Of a stretch of 64,000 bases of DNA, positions 37,401-48,565 are shown piece by piece. Made by a program: the position numbers and the translations under genes. Source of the DNA: Torpedo marmorata (lineage: Eukaryota); the NCBI GenBank assembly GCA_977017645.1, contig OZ360221.1, positions 83,080,001-83,144,000 of the forward strand. Reading direction: 5' to 3'. Position 1 is the stretch's first letter, and every line of letters begins with the position of its first letter. The notes beneath the pieces are model-generated. The model was not told the DNA's origin, ran no database searches, and saw only the letters and a program-made list of their open reading frames with translations.

Positions 37401-38285
37401 AATCAGTTACTTAAGTTATGGTTTTTAAAGGGAATTAAGACTTTAAAAGATTGTTTTGAAGCAGGTAGATTTATTACTTTCCAGAGGTTAAAAGAAAAAT
37501 TTAATATATTGGATAATACAATGTTAGTTTATTTTCAAGTTAAAGCTTTTTTGATTGAAAGATTAGGGAATGAATTAACAGCACCAGGGCAAAATGAATT
37601 GGAATTATTAATTACTAAAGTCAATGTTAATAAATTTATCTCACAAATGTATAAGTTGTTCCAAAGAAAGATGTCTAAAGTAGGAGTGCATAAGTCCAGA
37701 TTGAAATGGGAATTAGATCTGAATGTTAATATAGATGAAAATCATTGGAAAGATTTATGTAAATTAAGTATGACAAAAGTCATTAATGTGAGATATAGAT
37801 TGGTACAATATAATTTTTTTCATCAATTGTATTTGACACCTAAAAAATTAAAAAAATTTAATCCAGCGTTATCAGATATGTGTTTTAGATGTAAAACTGA
37901 AATAGGATCTTTCGCACATTGTACATGGTCATGTTCAAAAATTCAAGATTTTTGGTTGAAAGTTAAGAATTTTTTAGAAAGAATTTTTAATGTTGAAATT
38001 GCAATGGATCCTATGTTATTTTTATTTGGAGATATTAAAAAATTTAGTATTAGACATAGATTAAATATGTATCAAGTAGAATTTTTACGTATAGTATTAG
38101 CAGTTTCGAAAAAATGTATAGCTATTACTTGGAAATCGGATGTTGATTTAAATTTAGAGCGATGGCATGCAGAGTTACGGTCATGTATACCATTAGAGAA
38201 AATTACTTATAATTTACGAAATAAATATCATTTCTTTTTGAAAATTTGGGGCCCATATATGAGGATTATGGGTTTAACACTGTAA
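34494..38285 (+). CDS. L1 ORF2p (APE endonuclease, RT, Cys-rich C-terminus), uninterrupted
   Basis: NINGLN, FLQETH, GGDFN, SDH, KSPGDDG, YRPISLLN, LDAEKAFDRV, TRQGCPLSP, LFADD, KYLGV, CFRC...HCTWSC. First ATG at 34494. Confidence 0.96.
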   Translation: MGDSKSINLVSININGLNNPIKRKRTLAYIKKLKVDIAFLQETHLTDIEHQKLKRDWVGHVIASSFNSKARGVAILVNKKLPFKIQSTVIDTAGRYVLVYCQIYSEFWTLMNLYVSNPDDEQFIQDAFLHLSDAKENILIGGDFNCCLNPIMDKTSKTSVRPKIVKKIINLMEDLNLVDIWRKLKPREKDYSFYSFRHHSFSRIDLFLLSSQVQDRITQISYKARIISDHSSLLMTCIIPEKEKTVYNWRFDSFLLKRKDFCEYMRREIQEFLRINNNSVNDKFMVWEALKAYLRGLIISYSVKIKKDYLKEEEKLEKEIEFMEKDLQRNKSILKRNRLVRRKLHYNLLQTRKTEKLITRTKQRYYELGEKAHKVLSWQLKKEQVSKTINAIRKRNTGEITYKPQEINDSFKEYYQNLYRSEVDHDDMKINRFLSRITLPKLNVQSKYSLDLPFTMREVTDAISTLKSNKSPGDDGFPVEFYKEFKDLLIPLYMEVLNQVTETHLLPKTFLNAIITVIPKKDRDVLKTESYRPISLLNVDYKIMAKILANRLAKYLPNLIHSDQAGFIKNRYSKDNIARLISLININKKKQDLPLVVTLDAEKAFDRVEWNFLFKVLEKFGFGDNFINWIKTIYKEPTAKVVTNGQISQKFLLSRSTRQGCPLSPALFVLVIEPLAEMIREDINIMGIKVGREEHKISLFADDVLIYMTKSVKSLQQLANILTEYGEISGYKINSDKSEILALSQGDYTRCKEVTDFKWTIESIKYLGVKIDTKLENLYKLNYIPLFMKIKKDLELWKDLPITLMGRVNCIKMNVFPRIQYLFQSIPYGIPNKFFKDLKFIIRKFLWKGKLARVSIDKLTWNYEMGGLQLPNFQYYYKVAQLKFINEFFDLNKSSAWINIELNNMGEIHKEDIIYKWNSKLLLLKKKNTPIIKHLLEIWSQVDKEIGQKGLISLNTPIYQNPLLPFSMDNQLLKLWFLKGIKTLKDCFEAGRFITFQRLKEKFNILDNTMLVYFQVKAFLIERLGNELTAPGQNELELLITKVNVNKFISQMYKLFQRKMSKVGVHKSRLKWELDLNVNIDENHWKDLCKLSMTKVINVRYRLVQYNFFHQLYLTPKKLKKFNPALSDMCFRCKTEIGSFAHCTWSCSKIQDFWLKVKNFLERIFNVEIAMDPMLFLFGDIKKFSIRHRLNMYQVEFLRIVLAVSKKCIAITWKSDVDLNLERWHAELRSCIPLEKITYNLRNKYHFFLKIWGPYMRIMGLTL

Positions 38286-39539
38286 ATTCTCTGGATATCA
38301 GATCCGCTGGCGAAATAACCTCTAAGATATATTAGTTTTTTTTAAGCTTATTGACTCCTCACTTTATTTCTCTATTTTTCTATCTTTTCTCTTTTCTTTT
38401 CTTTTATTATTTTATTTTATTTTAAATTTAGACTAGGGGGATATAGGGGTTAGGGAGGGGAGGGTGGGAAGGAGGGGGGAGAAAATGTAATCACATGTAA
38501 GTTTTTAAGAATTATATGTAGAATTATATTATGTAATGTGTGATTTAAAAATTTAAATAAAATATTAAAAAAAAAAAAAAAATGTAAATAGGTGCTTGTT
38601 TCACTGAAGCTGCAGAATATCTACCACGACAGTTGAATCACACCCTGTCACTTGTACATATGGCTGCTGTCTTTTGCTTGTGTCAGGATGAAAACGCTTG
38701 TGATGACAGCTGTCTCTGAGCTTTCCCCAAGACTTTGTGAGGTCAATTGAATCATTACTTGGATAATGAATCATTGCGAGCAGTTCTGACTTGCATCATG
38801 TTGGGAGTAGCCCATTGCTTTGCTTCTAGTGAAGCCGTTTTGCACAGCATACACATGTTTGTTCTGCTTCCTCCCAATGCTTTCCCACACCTTCTCCTTA
38901 GCTTCAGTTGGAGTTTTGAAACAGTGGTGGGATTTGCTAGGACATGGCCCTCTGATCCAACATCTGCCTTGCTGCTTGCAGGAGCTGTGCCTTGGGGTTG
39001 GAACAATTTTCAATGGATTTGATCAGCTGCCTTGGCCCCAATTGCTGTCAATGACATTTTCTTATTGATGGTGAATATAATGGAACCGAGGTTAAAATCT
39101 CAGCTTTCTCCATTTGTTGACCTACATTGACTCCAGGTTAAGCAACACTGCAAATATAAATTCTCGCACTTGTTCACAAATCCCTCCCTTGCCCTGCCAC
39201 TTCTGTGTGGTCCCTTCCTGTCCCATATCCATCTGAGGCCAGCTTTATGTCATGTTTTGTAATATTGCCTCAAGAAGACAGTTCACCACCACCTTCTCAA
39301 GAGCAATTAGGTTTGGGCAATAAATTGGTGTAGCAAATGCTGCTTTGGATGTTTTTTTCCCCCAAACATAAACTTTATTCCTATGTAAAAAGGAAAACTG
39401 TCCAGTCTTTTTACAGTTAAACAAGAAAGTCTGCAAATGCTGGGGTCGAGTGCAATGCATAATTTCTCCAGCACGTTTGTGTATTGCAAAGTCTTTTTGT
39501 AACCTGAGTGTCTAATCCAGACATACATTCTTATTAGAA

Positions 39540-42180
39540 GCATAGAACATTACAGCACAGAAACAGGCCCCTTCGGCCCTTCTAGTCCGTGTTGAACCAT
39601 TTTTTGCCTAGTCCCATTGACCTGCACCCAGTCCATAGCCCTCCATACCTCTCCCATCCATGTACCTGTCCAAATTCTTCTTAAATGTTAAAATTGAGCC
39701 CGCATTCACCACTTCAGCTGGCAGCTCATTCCACACTCCCACCTCTCTCCGTGTGAAGAAGTTCCCCCTCATGTTCCCCCTAAACTTTTCCCCTTTCACT
39801 CTTAACCCATGTCCTCCGGTTTGTATCTCACCTACCCTCAGTGGGAAAAGCCTATCTACATTTACTCTGTCTAGCCCCCTCATAATTTTAAATACCTCTA
39901 TCAAATCTCCCCTCATTCTTCTACGCTCCAGGGAATAAAGTCCAAACCTGTTTAACCTTTCCCTGTAACTCATTTCCTGAAGTCCAGGCAACATCCTAGT
40001 AAATCTTCTCTGCACTTTTTCTATCTATTGATATATTTCCTGTAGTTAGGTGACCAAAATGCACACAATACTCCAAATTTGGCCTCACCAATGTCTTGTA
40101 CAACTTTACCATAACATCCCAACTCCTATACTCAATACTTTGATTTATGAAGGCCAATATAACCCTCTTTACAACCCTATCCATCTGTGACGCCACTTTC
40201 AGGGAATTATGTATCTGTATTCCCCGATCACTCTGTTCTACAGCAATCCTCAGTGCCCTACCACTTACTGTGTATGTCCTTTCTTGATTTGTCCTTCAAA
40301 AATGCAACACCTCACACTTGTCTGCATTGAATTCCATCTGCCATTTTTCAGTCCATTTTTTCAGCTGGTCCAGATCCCTCTGCAAGCTTTGAAAACCTTC
40401 TTCGCTCTCCATAACACCTCCAATCTTAGTGTCATCTGCAAATTTGCTAATCTAATTTACCACATTATCATCCAGTTCATTGATATAGATGACAAACAAC
40501 AATGGTCCCAGCATGGATCCCTGAGGCACACCACTAGTCACAGGCCTCCAGTCTGGCTTCTCTCATCCAGCCATTGTCGAATCCAGTTCACTACTTCACC
40601 ATGAATACCTAGCGTCTGAACCTTCCTGACTAACCTCCCATGTGGGACCTGGTCAAAGGCCTTACTAAAGTCCATCTAGACAACATCCACAGCCTTTCCT
40701 TCGTCAACGTTCCTGGTAACCTCCTCGAGAAACTCTATCAGATTGGTTAAACACGACCTACCACGCACAAAGCCATGTTGACTATCCCTAATCAGTTTCT
40801 GGCTATCCAAATAATTGTATATCAGATCTCTTAGAACACCTTCCAATAATTTACCTACTACTGATGTCAGGCTCACTGGCCTATAATTTCCAGGGTTACT
40901 TTTGGAGCCTTTTTTAAACAATGGAACAACGTGAGCTACCTTCCAATCCTCTGGCACCACACCCGTGGCTAAGGACATTTTAAATATTTCTGCCAGAGCC
41001 CCTGCAATTTCTACACTAGCCTCCCTCAAGGTCCTATGGAATATTTTGTCAGGCCCTAGGTATTTATTTACTTTAAGACAGCAAGCACTTCCTCCTCTTT
41101 AATCTGTATAGGTTCCATGACCTCACTGCTTGTTTTCCTTACTTCCCAAGACTCTGTGCCCGTTTCCTGAGTGAATACTGATGAAAAAAAAACCATTTAA
41201 GATCTCCCCCATCTCTTTTGGCTCCATACAAAGCCGACCACTCTGATCTTCAAGGGAACCAATTTTGTCCCATACTATTCTTTTGCTCTTAGAAACCTTC
41301 AGGATTTTCCTTCACATTGTCTGCCAATGCAACCTCATGTCTTCTTTTAGCCTTCCTGATTTCTTTCTTGTTTTTCTTGCATTTTTTATATTCCTCAAGG
41401 ATCTCATTTGCTCCGTGTTGCCTATACTTGCTATACACCTCTCTCTTCTTCCGGACCAGGTCCCCAATATCCCTCAAAAACCAAGGTTCCCTATGCCTGC
41501 TAACCTTACCTTTAATCCTGACAGGAACATACAAACTCTGTACTCTCAAAATTTCACCTTTGAAGGTCTTCCACTTACCTCGCACATCCTTGCCCAAAAA
41601 GAACTTATCCCAATCCACGCATTCTAGATCCCTTCTCACTTCCTCAAAATTGGCCTTTCTTCAATTTAGAATCTCAACCCGAGGCCCAGACCTATCCTTC
41701 TCCATAATTAACATAAAACTAATGGAATTATGATCACTGGACCCAAAATGTTCTCCTACACCTGTCCTGTCTCGTTCCCTAATAGGAGATCCAGTATTGC
41801 ACTCTCTCTCGTTGGTACCTCTATATATTGATTTAGAAGACTTTCCTGAACATATTTGACAAACTCCAAGCCATCCAGCCCTTTTACAGTATGGGAGTCC
41901 AAGTCAATATGTGGAAAATTAAAATCTTCTACTATCACAATCTTATTTTTTCTGCAGCTATCTGCTATCTCTCTACAGATTTGCTCCTCCAATTCTCGTT
42001 GACTATTGGGCGGTCTATAATACAACCCCATTAGTATGGTCATACCTTTCCCGTTCCTCAGCTCCACCCATATAGCCTCAGTAGATGATCCCTCTGGTCT
42101 GTCCTGCCTGAGCACAGCTATGATATTTTCCCTGACGAGCAATGCCACTCCTTCCCCTTTCATCCCCCCCATTCTATCAC
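39540..42180 (-). mobile_element. CR1 LINE, long degenerate ORF2 with 3' tail
   Basis: Minus-strand ORFs: endonuclease (YYRPPNS, DFNFPHID, ILDLLL), NYRPVSLTSVVGK, QHGFVRGRSCLTNL, GNFFTRR. Confidence 0.92.
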
Positions 42181-43010
42181 TGTATTACTGTACATTGTTA
42201 CATTAATTATCTCAGTTACTACATAGCACCATTGCCACCTCTGTGGCCCCTTCTGGTCTCAGCTCTGCTACTATGTTTGGTAGTAAAAGGACTCTTGACC
42301 CTCACAAAGCCCTCATGTTGTCTGTGGCAATCCTCAGTGCTCCTGCAGCCTGGAATGTGCCAGTCGGCAGCATTTGCTCACTGACATTTTACTGAGCTGG
42401 AAGACCAACAAGTTTCTGTCAGACCAATAAAATGATATACAAAAGAACACCATTCAGTCTTTTTGCATCCTTAGTGTCATATTCGTACATTCCATCACTA
42501 TGTTGTTACATTTGTTCTGTAATTCGCTATGTGGCTCTGTTGCCATCACTACAGCCCCTTGTAGTTTTTCCTTCCCTCTGTTGTTTGAGGGGCTTTCCCT
42601 CCGGTTTCAGCCCCTCAATGCCTGGTAGCGGAAGGTCTCTAGACTGTGGTCCTTCCCCACAATTCCCTCGCTTTGGCTGTGCCAAGCATCAATGCATCAC
42701 TCAGCACTTACCCCTGCAGCCTGGAATATTGCAGTCAGCAGCATTCCCTCACCAACATCTCAGTGTGCTGGATGACCAACAGTTTCGAGCACACTGAGTC
42801 TTTCACTGAGTTGATGATCTTCTATGCTAGTTTGGATATTTTTTTTCCAAAAATAAACTTTATTCACAATTAAATTATGTACAAAAGAAAAATAATGCAA
42901 CATCTTTTCGCATCCTTAATGTCATCTTCAAACAGGACATTGCTGTACATTGTTACATTTATTCTCTAATTTGCTATGTAGCACAGTTGCCACTCATATT
43001 TCCCTTGTAC
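42180..43010 (-). mobile_element. Old Tx1-like 3' fragments
   Basis: The tail ttttccaaaaataaactttattcacaat matches the Tx1 tail at 770-800. Repeated tcagtgc...gcagcctgga...cagtc C-terminal segments. Confidence 0.55.
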
Positions 43011-43169
43011 CTGTTGTAACGGAATCATAAAAACTGGATCATATCCAAATATTTTTGTCTTTGTGAGATGATTTGGACTGATTTACCAATATTTTGCATC
43101 TATTTAAAAGGGTATAAAATGAAAATACCATAAATTTGACCACAGGAGTTTTGTTTTCGAATCCAATTT

Positions 43170-43945
43170 ATTTAAATTTAGACATACTGTAACAGCACGG
43201 TAACAGACCATTTCGGCCCACGAGCCCGTGCCGCCCAATTACACCCGATTGACCTACACCCCCAGTACGTTTTTGAACGGTGGGAGGAAACTGGAGCCCC
43301 CGGGGAAAACCCACGCTGACACGGGAGAACATACAAATTTCTTACAGACAGCGCGGGATTCGAACCCCGGTCCCAATCGCTGGTGCTGTAAAGGCGTTGC
43401 GCTAACTGCTACGCCAACCGTGCCACCCTAGGGGTCATTCAAAGAGGCAAATCAATCAGTAAGAAATGAATACGCAAATGGGCAGAGTTCCACGAGTTTG
43501 TGGCCAATGTTATGTCATGGACTATATATTGGATACGCAATAGGAGATAATCTTTGCCTGTAGAATTTGTAAGAATTCCCAGTTAGCATGGCCAGTAAAA
43601 TACTATGTAAAATGGGCGGCACGGTTAGCGCAATGCTGTTAAAACGCCAGTGACTAGGTTTTGAATCCTGCGCTGTCTGTAAGGAGTTTGTACATTCTCC
43701 CCGTGTTTGCATGGGTTTCCTCAGGGTGCTCCGGTTTCAAGATTCAAGATTCAAGATTCAAGATTCAATTTATTGTCATAGTAATAAGACAGTGTCATAT
43801 TTCATGAAATTTCTTTTTGCCTGCTGCAAGTCAAAATGTACTGGGTTGTAGGTCAATTGGGTGTAATTGGGTGGGTCGAGCTCGTGGGCCAACAGGGCCT
43901 GTTACCATGCTGTATGTCTAAATTTAAATTAAAAAAAATCTAAAA
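43170..43945. mobile_element. Two head-to-head V-SINEs (43170-43430 minus; 43613-43945 plus, with a (ttcaaga)n LINE-tail insert)
   Basis: tRNA head, V core and tail are recognisable in both orientations. Confidence 0.85.
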
Positions 43946-44035
43946 TATGGTCCTCCATAATCCATATTCCAATTTCTCTCAGAGGACAGAAGAGGTACCA
44001 GGTTCAAGATTAGGAGCAGATACCATGGGATAAAT

Positions 44036-44559
44036 AAAAAGGTAAATCACGAAAATCTGTAGACACCGTGGTTGAAGTAAAAACACAAATGCTGGAGAAG
44101 CTCAGCAGGTCATCCTCACCTACCACCCCACCAGCCTCCGCATCCAACACATTATCTGCCGGAATTTTCGGCCCTTACTACAGGATCCCACCACCAGACA
44201 CATTTTTCCTTCTCCTCCCCTCTCGGCCTTCCGCAGGGTCCACTCCCTCCGCGATTCCCTCGTGCACTCATCCCTCCCCACCCATCGCACCCCCGGCACC
44301 TTCCCCTGTGCCCACAGGAGGTGCAACACTTGCGCCCACACCTCCTCCCTCACCACGGTCCGGGGCCCCAAACAGGCCTTTCAAGTGAAGCAACACTTCA
44401 CTTGTACATCCAGAGAACTTATTTACTGCATCCGGTGCTCCCTTTGCGGCATTCTCTACATCGGAGAGACCGGTTGTAGATTGGGAGATCGCTTCGCTGA
44501 GCACCTCCTCTCCGTCTGCACTATTTGACCTGCTGAGCTTCTCCAGCATTTGTGTTTTT
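44036..44559 (+). mobile_element. Penelope fragment bracketed by inverted pLTR ends
   Basis: 15-bp TSD taccatgggataaat (44021-44035 and 44560-44574). Contains LIYCIRCSLCGILYIGETG. Confidence 0.88.
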
Positions 44560-44719
44560 TACCATGGGATAAATGACCTGCTGCTGTTTCTATTTCATAT
44601 CTTCTTATATTCTCCAAGTATTTATCATAAACTATTCCAGGACCACCAAAAGATGTGTGAACGGAATCATCAAGTTTGTGGATATACCGGTAACAACAGC
44701 ATTCGAAATAATGATGATT

Positions 44720-45470
44720 CAGCTTACTGAGAGAAGGTTGAGAGGCTTGTCAAATGGTGTGAGTGCAACAACCTGTGTCTCAAGGTGGACAAGACAAAGG
44801 AGATGATCAACCACTCTCCATTATACATTAGTGGCACTGTTGTGGAGATAGTGGCGAGCACAAAATTTCTTGGTGTGTATATAACGGATGACCTATCCTG
44901 GACCCACAACACCTCCTCATTAATCAGGAAGGTGCAGCAGTGCTTACACTTCCTAAGGAGGTTGAAGAGGGCAAGGCTACCAGCCCCCATCTTGCGAACA
45001 TTTTACAGGAGCACAAACGAGAGTGTCCTGTCTGACTGCATCATTGTGTAGTATGGTAGCTGCAAAGCATCAGACCGGAAGCTAATACAGAGGATCACTA
45101 AAACAGCTGAGATAATCACTGGGATCTCCATTTCCTCTATTGACAACAGTGTTGCTTAATTAGGGCTCAAAGAATTATCAAGGATTCCAACCATCCATCA
45201 CACAGTATCTTTGATCTACGACTATCAGGATGGAGGTACAGGAGATCAATATCAGGACTGCCAGTCTGGGAAATAGCTTCTTTCTGCATGCTGTGAGATT
45301 GATGAATGGTATCCTGTAACCTTGGGTCTCTGATAAATGAAAATGAGTAAATTATTTATAAATAATGATTTTACATTATATTTTTATGTATGTGTGTGAT
45401 TATTATGTACAGAATTTGTGAGAAATGTAGTGTGTGTGTGCTAATAAGCTTGAACTTGAAATTGAACTTG
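44720..45470 (+). mobile_element. Old Rex1-like 3' fragment
   Basis: KTKEM...KFLGVYITDDLSWTHNTSSLIRKVQQCLHFLRRL. Tail (ttgaac)n near 45450. Confidence 0.75.
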
Positions 45471-45823
45471 AAACACCACATTTTGTGCACAAATGGCAAC
45501 CGTGAATATTTATCTATCGTTTTATATGCTTCTCTTTTTTGTCTCACGGTGCATTGTGGTAACTTAATTTATACGATTATTGGTGCATCTTATACCTGTG
45601 TGGCCGTAGCAAGTAAGAATTTTAGTGCACCTGTAACATAGTACTTATGTATATGACAATAAACATTCATATTACCAGAACTGTGCCCTGGGTGATGATG
45701 GGGGCCAACACACTTTCCAACAACCTTTAAGCACATTAAAATGCATAGGCACATTTATACATTATGCTCATCTGTTAAAAAATTCCATCTGAAAGCAGTC
45801 AAATTTAAATGTCTATTTCACGG

Positions 45824-47161
45824 AGTTATGGACCATGACTGACCATTTGGACTGCGGTCGGTCAGCAGGATGATGACGTCTTTTGAGTACACACTGGGAC
45901 CAGGTACTGAAGGAGTTAACTTGCCCAGGGCTGGCTGTTCTCAGAGAGAGAGAGACAGGCTGTGGAAAGATACTTTGTTGCACTTTTGCCAAAGCAGGTG
46001 CAAACCTCTGCAAAAAGCATTCAGTTTGGAGTTGCAAAAGGCTGAAACAACAATACCAAAAACCAGGCTTGTGCATTCCAGTAGAAAGACTGGAAAAATA
46101 GCACATGGCCTCTTGTATCAGCAAAATCCTGATATAAAGCAACTTTCGTGGATAACAGGCGTGAGATCCACGTACAGCAACCCTCGTGCACCTGCAAAAG
46201 GAAAGTCATCGGAAGGATATAGCAGACCAAGATTCGTAAGCTTAAAACAGTCAGTGTCTCTCTCTCCAACGTTCATTAAGAAGTCCTCCGTTTTTAAAAA
46301 AATATTTGATTTTAAATTTTGAATTTTCGCACAATAGTACAACATATGTAGTATACATCATTAACTCCAGTAAATAAAAAACATAATTTGTATTACAGTG
46401 TATCTAACCCATCCCTTAACCCACCCCCTATAATATTTCTACCCCACCCTCCACCCTTCCCCTCCCTTTAATTCCCTCCCTTACTAAAAACTAAAAAAGA
46501 AAACAGAAAAGAAGGCATTGGTATTACTTATTAAAAACATCTGTATGGATCGCTGCTGGGTCCACAGCTCGATGCATGGTATTCAGCAATATTTTTATTC
46601 TTTAAATTTGAAAGAGTCAACAGGGTCCAGGATGTAGAGCAACACATTTAAATATTCATACCTAATGATTGGATATATGGACGCCAAATTTGCAAAAATA
46701 CCCCATATTTATTTATCATGTTATATGTTATTTTTTCCAATGGAATACAGCTCCGCATCTCTATATTCCATCTATCCATGCTTAAATTTGTATCTGATTT
46801 CCAAGTTACTGCTATACACTTCCTTGCTACTGCTAGAGCAATTTTTACAAATTTCAATTGATATGTTGATAACTTCAACTTTGGTCTAGTTCCTTCCACA
46901 TTCCCTAATAAAAATAAATCAGGGTTCTGTGGAAACGTAACACCTGTAATTTGTTTTAACAGATTCCCTAACTCCATCCAAATATTTTAAAAAAAGAAGT
47001 CCTTCGTGCCAGCACACAGAGCTGAATTTGGACCCTGAACATAGACAGTGATTTTTGTGGACTATTTTTGGGACTGACTTATTTTTATGACTGACCTGGG
47101 GGTTTTTGGGAAGGTTTTCCATTTTTACATGAGGGTTGGGCACAGACTGTAATGGTCTGGG

Positions 47162-47203
<42 letters not shown>

Positions 47204-47346
47204 TAGATAAGAATAGTGATTATAGACGTTTATAGTGGGGTTAATTGTTAAGAAATTATATGTTTAATTGTCTTTAATAAATATAAATTTCAATTTTACC
47301 CCTTTTGCATTGCGTCTTCTGTTGTTGCTGGTTTGAATTTGTAACA
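45824..47346 (+). mobile_element. Solo LTR of the Gmr1-like family, interrupted by an L1 3' fragment
   Basis: Reverse complement of the 21899-22778 LTR. 4-bp TSD acgg (45820-45823 and 47347-47350). The first base is A instead of T. Confidence 0.9.
46292..46993 (-). mobile_element. 5'-truncated L1 (ORF2 C-terminus + 3'UTR) of a different subfamily from the full-length copy
   Basis: ORF 46648-46977 (ARKCIAVTWKSD...RSCIPLEKITY) is homologous to the end of the intact ORF2. 14-bp TSD aagaagtcct(c/t)cgt. Confidence 0.9.
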
Positions 47347-47414
47347 ACGGAAAATAACCATTTATTAAAATAATCATACTCATTCAGTTGATTTAATTCT
47401 GCTTTATCTTATAG

Positions 47415-47567
47415 GATGAAATTGGTTGGCGAAATGCCACTCGACTCCTTGTCTTCTACACTAATGGGGAACTTCACTTTGCTGGGAACACTACAAAGAG
47501 GAGAATATTGCCAAATGAGAATTGCCACCTTGACACTCAGGGTGTCTACATAAGCAGTCGCCATCAG
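47415..47567 (+). CDS. itgb1-like: Integrin beta-1-like exon C (153 nt; betaI domain)
   Basis: Acceptor ctttatcttatag|GAT and donor CAG|gtcagc. Translates [51 protein letters not shown] vs beta1 [52 protein letters not shown]. Phase 0-0. Too short for the ORF track; found by reading. Confidence 0.92.
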
Positions 47568-48144
47568 GTCAGCTGGCTTTTGATATTGATGGAATCACAA
47601 ACAAACAAAATAACATCATCATGAAAGATCTTGAATGTTTCATAATGGGTTGCACATCATGAGAACCATTTCCACTGTCTTTTCCAACCTTAGTGTAAAT
47701 GTCTGAGTCAAGATGGCAAATGAATTGATGGGGAATTCAAGGAACGGTTTTCTATATTTACAGTTTTTCAGTTTTTATTTGAGACTACCTGGATGCACTG
47801 ACATCACTTGAGAACCTGAGATTGAACTGCTGAAGTAAATGTGCTCTAAAAAACCAGCACAAATTAATGGAGGCACCATGGAAATTTAAGAGGATCAGTT
47901 TGCAGGGTATACTGTAGAACATAAAACATTACAGCTCAGGCCCTTCAGCCCACGATGTTGTGCTGACGTACGGAAACTTACTCCACAACAATCAATTTTT
48001 GCCTACCTCACGCCCATAGCCCTGTATTTTCTTTCATCCATGTGCCTATCTAAGAGTCTTTTGAATGTCGCTATTGTACCAGCCTCCACCACCACACCCG
48101 GCAATACATTCCAGGCACCCACCACTCTCTGAGCAAAAACATTA

Positions 48145-48565
48145 CAGTGAAACCCTGTTATAATGCGATCGTTGGGGTCCATAAAACCTTATCGCGAAAA
48201 AAGCAGGGTTGCGTTAAATCGGGGTTTCACTGTATTTCCCTGTTTAATTTGCATACCTACATCATTTCCATTTCTCCATTATTTGGAACATCCCAGTTAT
48301 TCTGTATGCATTTTAAATTAATCTGGGAGCCCGACGCCCCCGCTCCTACCGAGAGCCCGAGGTCCACGCTTCTGCCGGGAGCCCGACGCCCCCGCTCCTA
48401 CCGAGAGCCCGAGGTCCACGCTTCTGCCGGGAGCCCGACGTCCCCGCTCCTGCTGGGAGCCCGACGCCCGGGCGGACGGCGCAGGCTGATCAGCAGGTCC
48501 AACGACTCATCACGTTATATCCGAATTCACGTTAAATCGGGGCGTGTTAAATCGGGGTTTCACTG
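48145..48565. mobile_element. Tc1/mariner-pogo-like MITE with TA target duplication, inserted in a CR1 tail; contains a GC-rich 52-bp tandem repeat (48325-48470)
   Basis: TA|CAGTGAAACCC...GGGGTTTCACTG|TA. The CR1 flanks rejoin (aaaaacatta|cctctcgatctcccc). Confidence 0.8.

Larger units (their letters stand above)
32731..38579 (+). mobile_element. Full-length L1-clade LINE with two intact ORFs
   Basis: TSD aaatgtaaata (32720-32730 and 38580-38590), about 120-bp 5'UTR, ORF1, spacer, ORF2, G-rich 3'UTR, AATAAA and poly(A). Confidence 0.96.

Noticed and set aside
38720-39110. Overlapping short ORFs, one faintly Myb/SANT-like (AKEKVWESIG)
   Set aside because: Similarity is too weak and there is no supporting splice or terminal structure.
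48325-48470. Repeat array superficially like CRISPR
   Set aside because: The units are tandem with no unique spacers, the context is eukaryotic, and the array lies inside a MITE.
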